A DNA stretch of 64,000 nt, taken from NCBI GenBank assembly GCA_003427395.1, contig BFEA01000001.1, forward strand, positions 1,482,716-1,546,715. The letters run 5' to 3'. The notes under the pieces are model-generated. The model did not search any database. It was not told where the DNA came from and was given only the letters and a program-made list of their open reading frames with translations. The translations under genes and the position numbers were made by a program. This document shows, piece by piece, positions 50,301 through 62,250 of this stretch (position 1 is its first letter; the number at the start of each line of letters is the position of its first letter). The stretch is from Chara braunii. Lineage: Eukaryota; Plantae; Charophyceae.

Positions 50301-52417
50301 TTTTGCACTCACAATGGTTAATATTTTTCATCATCAAGATCTTGATCTTGACGGCACTACTTACTTAAACACCCCTCCTCCTTTGCTAGCTCAAGGTTCT
50401 CTTGGGACTACTCAAGTCCCCACCATTCTCCCATGCCAATTCCATTTTTCAGTCCCGGCAGTGGTCCCGCCGGCGCATGTCCCAAATTTCCACTATTCTT
50501 ATTTTGGCCCATTCAGTCCCCACCATCCTTCCCAGTGACGTCCTATTTTTATTTGGGGCTCCCTCGTCCCCAACAACCCCAATCTCTTCCTCTCGTGGGT
50601 CTCAAGTGCCGCAAATATTCTAGGCCGCAAGATCCATCATCTCGCGACCCCCATTGCCCAAACCCAAGACACTCTTTTCTAGTGTCTTGGGCAAGCCACG
50701 ACCCTTTTCCTTTTGGCCTAGGCCCCCCCATGCAGTCCGTTATTTCTCGGACTGCCATAATGGTTTTTTTCCTAGCCTCATGGCCACATAACAAGCCTCC
50801 AAATGAAACAAAATGTAACTGCCAACTCCCAAATGCATCCGGACTTAATATTGGCTCTTGATGCATCTAAAACATGTGTTTTTCCTCCCCCATGCAATCC
50901 GTTGCATCCCGGTTGCATGGGGCCTTGATTTTTCTTTATTTTCTCTGCAAAATCAAGAGAAAATCAAGGTTCTTTGCAACCGTAATATTCCAGAATGAAT
51001 CTGGTCACGGATGTATCTCCCCAAGTGGTCGTTTTTTACCGTTAAGGCCTTCCCCCCCCCCCCCCCCCCCCCCCCTCCATTTTCGGACAGTAGGGACCTT
51101 GCCAGTCGCCACTTGTGGCAGTCCCTACCGACGACCAACTCACTCACTCTCTCTCACTCCTTTTGTCATATTCTCCCACTTTTTTCTTTTCTTTTTCTTT
51201 CTTTTTCTAGCATGTCAAGTGTCAAGTAGCCGTTAAGGTATTTTCTAGGCCCTTCCTCTTAGTTTTGGCCCTTCCTATGCCCAAGGTGCAGTCCGTTATG
51301 TCTCGGACTTCAATTGAGGTTCCCCCATGCCCATGGGAGCCTCCTTTTGTCTCTCTTTCTTCCACACTGTCGCCCCGTTTGCTTCGATTTTCTCCCGGTA
51401 ACTTATTTTTCACATCGAGCCTCTCTAGGCTCCATTTTTAGAGGTAGCTAATCCGAGATATTTCGGATTGCTGCCATGCCTCTTCCCTTGCTTTTCTTTT
51501 GCTTTCCTTTTTGTTTTGGCCCTCCCATTTGCTTCCACTAGGGCTTGCACTGGTGGTGCTAATATTTTTGGTCGTCTAGATCTTGATCTTGACGGTACTT
51601 CTTGCTTTGGGCATCCTCTCCTTATGGCCCTTCATAACTTTGTCTTGGGACATAACAAGTCCCGGCCATTTATCCCGCGCTAGTCCCCGATAATTGTCGC
51701 GTCGATGGTCCTGTTATGACCCTTCATAACTTTGTCTTGGGACATAACAAGTCCCCGCCATTTATCCCGCGCTAGCCCCCGATACTTGTCACGTCGGTTG
51801 TCCTGCCGACACTTGTCCCGCCGGTGGTCCCACCGGTACCTGGTCCCAAAATACCATTATTTTATCTTAGTCTCCTATGGTCCCTGACACTTTTCCTTGC
51901 AGTGTCCCGTTTTTTTTTAGCACTTTCTTCCCCATCGCCACCCCATTCCTAGTCTCTTTCTATGCCCCGTGCGCGCCGGTCTTTTCGGCCTTGGCCCTTT
52001 ACTTGGGTCGTGGCTCTTCGGCTCTTCCTATGTCGAATCCCAGTGGCCCCCTTGACCCAGGCTACGTTTTCACGTGTTAGTGCCTCATTATTTTCTTGAC
52101 CACCTTGACTTTTTTCTTCCTGCGGCACGCAACTCGTGGTATTATTTTTCCCGGCGGTCCTTCTCCTTTCGGGAAGAGGAGCTGTCTTTACTATTTTTTT
52201 GCGGCCCTTCGCCGTTTGCTATTCTACTAGTCTCTTCTTGGTCCAGTGGTTCTGACGGCCCCAGGACATTCTCTAGGTCCTTAGGCGTCGACACTTGTGC
52301 TTTGGCCTTCCATCCTTTCTATCTCTCTTGCCTCCTGTTTTTCTCTGTTATTCACAATTCTATCGTATATACTCTCTCAAGGGTCAGGACTTGTCTCAGA
52401 ACCCACCGGTCCTGACA
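44335..52417. mobile_element. 8-kb non-coding insertion between LINE ORF1 and ORF2; possible giant solo LTR
   Basis: Composition switches at both ends. TGCAGGGCC...GGTCCTGACA are imperfect inverted TG...CA termini. Shares the TCTTGATCTTGAYGG motif with the Gypsy-1 3' region (41628-41642). No TSD found. Confidence 0.4.
45635..48160. repeat. Tandem satellite, ~90-91 bp unit, ~28 copies, two subfamilies
   Basis: CAAGTGA recurs at 45738, 45829, 45919 and 46010; ATGAGCTATG at 46980 and 47071. Shared core GCAACTAGGAA...CACATCACCAAGTGA...ACTGAAC. Confidence 0.95.
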
Positions 52418-55331
52418 CCTCGTCCGACATTTCACCCTCAAGCCAAGCGAGTCTGAGTTGACAGTGATGTCATGGAACGTTAACGGGTTAGCAACAGTCT
52501 TATCTAACGGGAAAAAATGGGACAATATGACCAATTATCTTCACTGGTTCTCAAGGAATCCACCGGATATAGTACGCATACAGGAAACACACCTAACCAA
52601 CTCAACAAACAGCAAGCAACAATAAACAAAATACAGTCAAAAATGAGACATGTCAAAACAAGGCAATGGGCACCAACCCCAAAAATCGGCTCACCAGATA
52701 CATATGTCCTCTAGAATGAAAATTCCAAAGCAGCCAACCAAATCACTATCAATCACTATCATTAAATGTGAAACGGATGCATAAAATGAAAGATTCAAGG
52801 AAGAAGTATCCCAACTAATAAATATTTATGCACCCAACGACTCATCCAAGAGACGAGATTTCATACAACGTATCTCAGCAAGTTGTGGCAAACAAAAACA
52901 CCTACTACTAGTAGGCGATTGGAACACCGTACTAGAACCATCTACTGATCAGATTTCCTCATCACACACCGACAAAAAAGAAACACCATGAAGTGAAGCT
53001 AAAAAAATAACCACACTCATGATGGAAAGACACTAAATAGAACCCCTCGTAACAATTGACCCATAAATTAGCAGATTCACCTTTAGGGAAACAAATATAT
53101 CACAACACATAACAAGCTCAACAATAAACTGCTTTTAGTATCTGAAACTCTTAAAGGAACAATTCATAATGTAAGGAAGGACAAACAAACTCCCTTACAA
53201 CAACGGCCTAAATCATTGCACAATCTTCATTAATATAATCTTTGACCCCGGAGTACAAAAAGGCTCCAACTTCTTCAAGATTAACAACTTCATTCTAGAC
53301 ACCCCATAAATGAAAGAAGCAATAGCCCTCGCATGCATAGATTCGCAAAAGGAAGGAGTAGACTTCTTGAGCTCAGTAGCCTACTTATCTAAAGCGGCCT
53401 ACATAGCATCCAAGAAAATGCCAACTACAAGAACTAGAAACAACACTCAAAGTACCGGAAATGTATCTTATCAACAACCCAAATCAGACTTCATATGAAG
53501 ACTCGCTAGCAAAAGCAAGAGCTGAATTGTGCGCTTGCAATTTATGGAAACCAAGGGAAATAGGACTAAGAACAAGAGCGAGCGAATGGGAGGAAGGAGA
53601 AAAAATGACGAAGTATTTCTTCCAAAAAATTAGAGCAAGAGGAAGAAATCATTCACCAACTTAGAAAAGAAGAAGGTCTCACTACAGATCCAAGGAAAAT
53701 GTTGTCAATAGCGAAATCCTTTTATAAAAGTCTCTACACCTCTAAAACGGAACAACCCACTCCAAAGCAAGTGACACGAGCAAGAGAAAAATTTTCAAAA
53801 CACAGGGTTAAAATACTTCCCGCAGCACTAACTAACACGCACCCGTTACGAATGAAGAAATAAAAAAAAACTTTGGACTCGATGAAATCTGGAAAGACCC
53901 CTGAACAAGATGGACTACCAAAAGAAATTTGGCAATGGACTGAGATCTCTTAGGGGATGTATTGTCGGCTTATAAGATCAACATGGGCTACGAACGGTTT
54001 AGGAAGGTATCTCAGTACGGGAATAGTTACCCTACTATACAAGAAATGAGACCCCACTGATATAAAAAAATTATCGACCTATCACACTACTAGCAGTAGC
54101 ATATAAGATCCTAGCCAAGCTCCTAGCAAAGAAAATAAGGAAGATCACTAGAATTTGTTTCACATAGACCAAATAGGCTTCATACCGGGCAGATTCATAC
54201 TTGACCACGTAATGACACTAGCTGAATCATAAAGATATGTTAACGATAAAAAATTGAATGCAGCAATCCTCTTCTTTGACTTTGAGGAAGCCTACGGTCA
54301 ACTGAAATTTCCTCCAACAATGTATGGGAAAGATGAGACTGGACTGAACTTTAGAAAATGGGTCACCATTCTATACAATGATGCACACGGGGCAGTTCAA
54401 GTAAATGGACACATATCAGATCTCTACAAGATGACTAGGTCTGTAAGGCAAGGAGGCCCATTAGCATCCCTTATAATCCTATTTATCATGGAGAGAATAA
54501 CATACGAAAGACCCATCCATACAAAAACTTATAAACCCGACTAAAAACCCCAATAGACCACACCACATACCCCCTACGATCATGTTTGCAATCAACTTGA
54601 CTGTACTCATGAGAGCATCCAACTCATCCTTTGAGGCCCTCACCAAAGCAATGCATGCATATCAACTGGCTTCTGAAATGCAAATCAACTAACAGAAAAC
54701 AGTAGGATTGTGGCTAACAAACGAAAGTATAGATCTCCCTCATAACACCCCCAACGATATGACCCGGTCCGACCATAGAGACCGGTTGAGAGTCCTAGGG
54801 ATTTAAATGACAGAACAAAGAGCAGAGACATAAATGTCCCCTAGCCTCTTAGCCAAGATGACAAGTACATTAGTCTCTGCGACAAGATGCACCCCTCATT
54901 ATATGGAAGAGCTTTAATACTAAACTCGTCAATTTTTCCCATGATGTGGTATGTAGCAACCTTCTGGACTCCGCACCATTTGGCAATAAGGAACCTAAAA
55001 AGGAAAGCCACAACCTACCTATGGACAAGAGATGCATCCAGACAACATTTCATAACAAAAGTCGCTTGGCAGTACATCACTAGGAAAAAAGGGCAGGGAG
55101 GGCTGGGAGTCATAGACCCCATAACCCAAATAAAAGCCCTTCAGACTAAATGAATCCTTAAGCTCATCACTAGACCCGGCTTGCCCTGGAGAACCTTAGC
55201 CCTGAATGGGATACAACAACAATCGGTATATAACACCCCAGTCAACATGGAATGCTCCTAGGTAATGATCAAATCATGGTCAATGAAAGGGGGAAACCAG
55301 ACCTCAGTGAACTCAAGAAATTAGTCTGGAT

Positions 55332-55548
55332 CAGGGCTGTGCCGGCCACCCGCCGGTTGGACCAGACCGGATCCAACCGGGCCGGTTGGACCCACGGTGG
55401 TCCAACCAGAATTCCGGTTGAGTCCAAAACTGGGCAATTTTTTTTATTTTTTTTTTGGTAAACATGGTTGGACTGCGCTCGCCGAGATCTCCCCAAATCA
55501 ACAAAGAAAACTTTGAACATGGGGGGGGGGGGGGGGTTTTTTTCGGGG

Positions 55549-55623
<75 letters not shown>

Positions 55624-55632
55624 GGGTGAGTG

Positions 55633-55725
<93 letters not shown>

Positions 55726-55819
55726 GCTCTCCTCGTGCGCCTTCACTTCCACGGCCCCAGCCTCGACATGCAGTACCTCAAGTGAATCTTGCCACATTAA
55801 TGTTAAAGATTCATTCGAA

Positions 55820-55853
<34 letters not shown>

Positions 55854-56731
55854 CTCCCCAAGCAACTGTCGCACACCCGCAAAATGTTGTGTGCCCACCA
55901 ACGACCGCGTGCGCGTTGGTAGGGGCACTAACTACCATGGGAGTTAGCACAGGAAGAAGAAGAAGAAGAAGAAGAAGAAGAAGAAGAAGAAGAAGAAGAA
56001 GAAAAAGAAAAAGAAGAAGAAGAGAATCTAGGAAGAAGAAGAAGAAGAAGAAGAAGAAGAAGAAAGAAGAATAAGAGGAAGAAACTACTAGCTTACCGGT
56101 GGCTGTTAGGGATGGTGAAGAAAAAGAAGAAGAAGAAAGAAGAATAAGAGGAAGAAACTACTAGCTTACCGGTGGCTGTTAGGGATGGTGGCGACGACGA
56201 CTCCGGGCTTGACGGGCTGCAGGAGCAACGGGGTGGAGGCGTGACGGGCTGGAGGCGGCGGGGAGGACACACCGGCAGTTCCGAGTGTCGAAGGTCGATT
56301 GGGCAGGGAAGGGAACCGGTGGCAGGTTTGGGTCAGGACGAGGGTTGAGGCCGGGGAGGGAAGAGGCCGGCCGATGGGAGGGGTAGGGCCAGTGCTCCCG
56401 CCCAAAATGTTTGAAAACATTGGCCTATCTGGGCCGCCGACCTCTCCAGATCGACGGTCCAGATAGGCCGCCCTTTTCAAATCCTTTGGGCGGGCCTACC
56501 ATACCCGGTTCGGACGTTTTTTCAGGCCAGGCAACCTCCATGCAGGCTGTGGAGGCCCCCTGGCCCCAAAAAAAATTGAACCCACCTCCCTACTTCAATG
56601 CGCTATGGCGCACCAGGGGGCAGCCGGCCCGGTGGACCGGTCGGTAGGACCGGCCCGGTGGACCGGTCGGTAGGACCGGCCCGGTTCCGGTCGGGGGTGG
56701 GGGCCCCGGTCCTACCGGGTTTTCAGCCTTG
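55332..56731. mobile_element. Non-autonomous hAT element (1.4 kb) rich in poly(G), (CT)n and (GAA)n
   Basis: TIR CAGGGCTG / CAGCCTTG. TSD GTCTGGAT / GTTTAGAT (6/8). GGACCGG subterminal repeats. The LINE reading frame resumes after the insert. Confidence 0.8.
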
Positions 56732-56943
56732 GTTTAGATTGAGGTTCTGGAAAGGGATCCTTCGCAATTGGAGAGAGATTTTCCCAGCTAAGGTCAAGAA
56801 ACCAAAAAACAAGGAGTAAACACTAAGACAACCCCTATTCTGCAACCAGTGGAAAACAACAGAAGACGGTAGCCCATTCACGCTGACCTCAAAAGACACA
56901 AAATGGGGGGTCTGGCTAGAAAAAGTAATATGGTAGATTAAAC

Positions 56944-57677
56944 CATGGTTGCCCCGGACCCGGACATCCAGACACCGGACACGGGGCCTGGACACGTGTC
57001 TGGATTGATCCGGACACCGATCCGGACAACCGGACATACGGAACCAGACGGTCCGGTTATGAATGAACAGGCCCGGATGTCAGGATTAAAAAAAAAAAAA
57101 AAAAAAACCTGACACACGCTGCTGTAGTTGTATTATCTGACTTATTTTGAACACACTTACATACACACACACACAATGTCGTGCACACACACACATACAC
57201 ACACGGACCACTTTTCTCAGGGGTGTTGCCAGCTCTGGGCGATGCCGTGAGTCCTTATCCATCAGTCAAATGAATCCTGGGCAGACTGTCGGGGTTCAAC
57301 CTCCTGATGAGTCAGTGAAAGTCCGACGAAACAGTCTGGCACAGTCATGCTTTTTCTGAGTGTATAGTGAATATGACAACAACACACACACACACACACA
57401 CACATACAACCAATTCTCCTTGGCTCGCTGAAGCTCACACAAGATTGCAAGTACAGGCCTTCAGGACTGGTCCGTTTGGCCCAATGGTGCACCAAAAATT
57501 GCGCCAACAATTTTCAGGGGTCCACCACGCATTGGAAAATCGCTCGAGGACCCCAATTTTTTTTTTTGGAATTTTCTTGAAATGGGGCCCAACCGGACCC
57601 CTCAAACCGGACACAGGATCTGGACATCCAGACCAGACCGTCTGGATCCTGATCCGGACGTCTGGTTCACAACCATG
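56944..57677. mobile_element. Non-autonomous hAT element (734 bp) carrying a hammerhead cassette
   Basis: TIR CATGGTTG / CAACCATG. Perfect 8-bp TSD GATTAAAC (56936-56943 / 57678-57685). CCGGAC subterminal repeats at both ends. Confidence 0.92.
57282..57338 (+). ncRNA. Type III hammerhead ribozyme
   Basis: Stem III CAGACTGT/ACAGTCTG; GUC cleavage triplet at 57288-57290; stem I GGGGT/ACCTC; core CTGATGA at 57304-57310; stem II GTC(A)G/C(C)GAC; GAAA at 57328-57331. Confidence 0.85.
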
Positions 57678-59640
57678 GATTAAACACATCTCGGATGACA
57701 ACACGAAAAAATGGAAACAGGACAAACAACTCGGACAACATCTCAAGGGGTGCCATCGACTAAACCAGAACCTACAGGAAATCACAGTAGCCATGTCAAA
57801 AGAGTGGGTCCCAAAAAAAAAAAAAAAAAAGACTGGGTCCCAATACTGGAAAAAAACAAATAGTGGACCACAGGAGCCTGGGAAGTAATATTAAACGAAA
57901 CTCAACAGAAACACGCATTAGCATATTGGGTCAGCGAATGACGCAAACAAAATTGGTATATATTTACCATGCACGAAATAGAAGAACCAGGTTCTGACCA
58001 CAGCAAGATCAGCAAAAACTCAACAGCACAAGTTTCGGTCCGCGAGGATAACCTGAGTAATAGAAAACGAAGACATAACCATCTACCTCCCCCAAACCCC
58101 TTTAGAGAATCTAGAAGTAGACCCAACAGAATGGGCATGGAACCTAAAACAAGGAACCTTAGGAATCTACACCAAATTCAACTTACTACAATACACAATA
58201 AGGCTAGGCTATAGGCTGAGACGCCGCTCTGCAAACCAAGACCCAATAATAGCAGAAGATTGGAAAAGACACGTGGAGGTATAACCAGAAACATTTGACC
58301 CAATACCCTGGGACAGCGTCTACTCACCTACCCAAATTCAGAGCCTACACAATGGTTAATTCTTTACCTAGCAGTCCGTCTGAACCAATGGCTAAATGTG
58401 AGAAGGAAAAAGGAAGATAGAAGCCCACTAAAAGCACTGTGTGCTAACTGCAACAATGGTCAAATAAAAAAACTTATACCACTGCTTCTCCTGTGTCCTA
58501 GAATAAGACCACTATGGCAAAAGGCAACAAGTATACAGAATGCAGTAATAGGCACAACACTCACAAGCAACAGCACATCTTAGGATTTAATAGTCTGGAA
58601 GACTGGAGAGCCCACTAGAATCCAACCTCTTCAGAATACTTAGAAAAGCCACACTATGGTATGGAGGAAAAAATGTCAAGAAGCTATAGAAAGGCAAAAC
58701 ATGCATACCCCAGAAGCATGGGAACAAGTAGAAACTGAATACTGGGTCCTATGGCGCAAGGTAAGGAGGATTAAGGGAGACGAAGACAAAGCCAAGGAAC
58801 ATCAACATAACTTTGAAAAGAACTTCCTAGCCAAAGGTAAAATCGCACTCATCCGAGGCTCAAACATAGTATTCCGATTATGGGAGGAAACACCTCCAAG
58901 TCAACACTCACAAACCACTCGATAAAGCTTATCCCCATGCACTCATAATAAACTATTCGAGACCCTTAGCAGATACTATCCAAACAAACCAGCCCCTAGG
59001 GTATGACAGCACGAGAATCCGCAGCCGATAGGAACAGGCACACCCTATTTAGGACATAAGCCTCAGGATTAGCACAGACCCGATATAACCAAGGCCTAAG
59101 GTAATAACTAGAACAGCCTCAAATAGATCCAATATTAGAAATGACAGACAAAAGATAAGAGGATAACCAGGAATTAACTAGGCAGGCAAAACAGCAAGTA
59201 GATACATCTAGGAATAGATTCCTAGATGAAGGCCAGACAGATCCTACCGCTCCACTGAAGGTATTACAGCAGGAAGACAAAGAGGAAAGGTTCATAGAAT
59301 CCGAGCAAAAGACCCGAACAACAGTTCTAGCCACCAAGGAAAACCCGACAGCCTAGAAGCTGAGAGGAACAGGTTGGACAAGGTCCAAGTAGAGAAATGG
59401 ATAGAGCCAACATAGAACAGGCTAACTTAGGCGGGGGCAAAGGGTGGTACATCCCTCCTCCAGGAGGTAATCAATGCCGTCCTTTGGGCGTCCACCCCGT
59501 AAGGGGGAGGAGCGTGAGTGAGTTCTCCTTGTACTCTTTTCTGACTTGCCGGTGGAATAGGAACCGGACTGCTGCTCCCCAGAATAGAAAAGGAGCCAGA
59601 ACCCTGGTTGGAAAAAAAAACGAAAGAGGGATGCACGTAG

Positions 59641-60946
59641 TGAGGCCGTAGCTCAGATTGGTCACCCCTATCAATTTCCATCCAAAATGCAGTGCGCCAG
59701 GTTTGTTAAGCCACCAGTACACCCGGGCCTGCGGGTGCCTTAACTGTGCGCCAAACTTTTCCCAACGCCAGTGGCGCACTTTTTTTCGTTTTTGGCTGGC
59801 GCCACCAGCCATTGTGGTCCAGAAGGCCGAGTGTCGCATACCGTAAACGGTACAGACCAGAACAAGAACCGACCTCTCTCACATAGTACAAGATAGCGCA
59901 GCGGAAGGCTAATATACCAATGATCCGAAAAATCAATGCTGCAGTGCAGACCAAACATACATCATCATCATTCCATGGTGTGAAGGGGCCTGGCGCTCAC
60001 ACAGGAAGAATGCGCCAGTCCCCAACCATACACAGACGAAGAAGAGGGGGGTTAGACGAACAAGAGGGGAAGATGGGAATGTCGTCAACACCAAGTCTTT
60101 GGTACAGGTCCCAAGTAATCCCTCGTCAAATGTCTGAATCCCAAAGTCGAGTCTGGATCCAAATGTCGTCAAGTCCCAAAGTCACCAATCTCTCTCTCTC
60201 GTAGTCTGCAGATACTGAGAAGTCAGATAGCGAGAGGGTGAGGAAGAGATGGTGGACTAAGAAGAGGAAGAAGACGAACTCTCTCTCTCTCTCTCTCAGT
60301 CTGGTACTAATCTGTGAAGGTGGCGACTTGTTGCAGATACATCGAAGACGAAGCTGGAGCTATGGCACCACAGGTAAGTCTCCCTGGCCTCCGCCAACCA
60401 TCTGTCTCTCTCCAACGCTACTCTAGCTCCTAATAGCGCCCAGCGCTGAAGACTACTGCTAACGCTACTACTACTACTGCAGCACTCCTCCAGAGTGCTG
60501 CTGCCGAATCCTGAAGACTGCCTCCTGGCTCCTGCACATGAAGTGCCTGGGAAGTTCCTATGAACTACCTCGTGACCCTCTCCAACCTGTAGGACGGGCC
60601 AGTCTTATATAGTGCTGGCCCATCCAGGAGGCTGCTCTAGCCAATTCCAGAACATGCCAGAGACTGGCGTTGAAGTTCAACCAAGGGTTGTCTTGAAAAC
60701 AGGCCAAAAATGGCCTGTGCTAAAACCCTGGTCTGGTGCCTAAGTTTGAGGGCAGGTCGATCGACTGAAAAGACTCAGGGCATGGAAGGCCCTGTTTTAG
60801 GCTGAAACGACATAGGGCCTGAAGGCCCTCGTTTTCAGGCTTTCAGGCTGAAACGACACAGGGTCTGTAAGCCCTCGTTTTCAAGCTTTTAGGCTGAAAA
60901 TGCTGGTCGGGCCCTGCAGGCCCGTGTGGCTGCGCAGTATGCCACA
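59641..60946 (-). repeat. Gypsy-3 3' LTR (distal end uncertain), with ~50-bp tandem repeats at 60790-60900
   Basis: The - strand starts TGTGGCATAC right after the PPT GGAGGGGGAGT (60947-60957). Confidence 0.65.
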
Positions 60947-60959
60947 ACTCCCCCTCCTT

Positions 60960-62250
60960 GAAAGCCCGAGCATACCTGCGAGGGCGAAGCTGTCTGTCCG
61001 AGGGAGGGACCACAGTCCTGGTGGGAGGGGCAGGTCGTGAAGTTCCCTTAGCTAACCTTTGTCGTTCGTAGTGAGCGTAGATCAGCGGTGCGGATGGTTT
61101 CAAATCTGCTCCTGAAATCCATCGAGTGTCGTCGGGATCGCATGCTTTGAATGTAACTTTGTACTGTCGAGGCTTGCTGCCGTACCTGCGATCCGTGCTG
61201 ACGCGGTCAACTTCCTGATGACCATCCATAGATGGAGGATCTTGCGATCGTCGNCCCGGGAAGTCGTCGCTCTTAGCTGGTGTATATGTCGCCAGCTTCG
61301 AGGCGTGAAAGACTGGATGGACCGTCAGATGCGGGGGGATGTTGATCACAAATGAGGGGCCATCGGGCTCATCGCCCGCGGCTGACGTTACGGGCCATGG
61401 TCGAAACCACTTGGGGAGTAGTTTGCACGAAACATCCTGCTCGAGTGCAAACTCTTCCACGGAGACCGAAACCAGATCACCGACACGGATGGGACATGGC
61501 ACGTGATGCCTGTTGGCTTGCTGCTGCATGCGAACTTGAGCCTTTTGCATGTTCGCGCGGTCTTGAGCCAACAATTCCCTATACTTCCGAACGGAAGCAG
61601 GGGAGCGAGTAGCGTCTATGTCGGTTGTTCGTGGGAGGAGAAGATCAGAGAAGATACGGCCGTTCCGGCCACCGTGGTGCAACTCGAATGGAGTCACGCC
61701 GATCGCCGGATGCAACGAAGTGTTGTAGGCGAACTCGATGTCAGGGAGGGAGTCAACCCAACCCTTCTTATCCGGACGGATGAGCGTACGAAGCATCATT
61801 TGAGCGGTTTGATGTGCCCGCTCCGTTTGCCCGTCCATCTGTGGATGCCGAGCCGAACTTGGTTTCATATTCTTGTCGGATTCCTGCATGAGAGAAGTCC
61901 AAAATGTTGACATGAAACGAGTGTCGCGGTCGCTGACGATGTCTTCCGGTACGTTGTGGTTGCAAATCCAGCCGGTGTGCAAGAGGCGCGCAAGTTCGGG
62001 AGCCGTGGCGTAATACTTGAAAGGGAGAAATCGCCCGTACTTACTCAAACGGTCAACGACCGTGAGGATGCCGTCGTGCCCGAGGCAATCGCGGGGAAAC
62101 GGACCGGTGACGTCCACGGCGATGGAGAGGCCGGGTTCCCGTGGGATAGGCATCGGGTTCAACTCGCCGTAGGGATTGTGGTTCCGGGGATTGCTTCGTC
62201 GGCAAATTTCGCAAGAGTCGCAATACCGAGTGACATCGGTAATGACGTCG
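60960..62250 (-). pseudogene. pol: Gypsy-3 integrase with chromodomain-like C-terminus
   Basis: CEIC, SIAVDVTGP, VVDRLSK, IVSDRDTRF, HPQMDGQTE, FHASKL, and EVDRV...QYKVTF...DTRW. Confidence 0.92.

Larger units (their letters stand above)
52420..58925 (+). pseudogene. LINE ORF2: AP endonuclease, RT, C-terminal Cys motif (many stops and frameshifts)
   Basis: Motifs SWNVNG, IQETH, NIYAPN, GDWN, GFIPGR, FFDFEEAY, SVRQGGPL, KGQGGLGVIDP, RQPLF, and CANC...CP. Confidence 0.9.
41661..59600 (+). mobile_element. Decayed L1/Tx1-type LINE (ORF1 + ORF2), interrupted by three insertions; boundaries approximate
   Basis: A-rich + strand. A CCHC ORF1 is followed by an APE-RT-zf ORF2. Confidence 0.75.

Noticed and set aside
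44325-52425. A TSD for the 8-kb insertion
   Set aside because: The flanks (TCGC vs CCTC) do not match, so the solo-LTR call is kept at low confidence.
55455-56074. Gly/Ser-Leu/Arg-rich ORFs
   Set aside because: These are poly(G), (CT)n and (GAA)n tracts inside a non-autonomous hAT.
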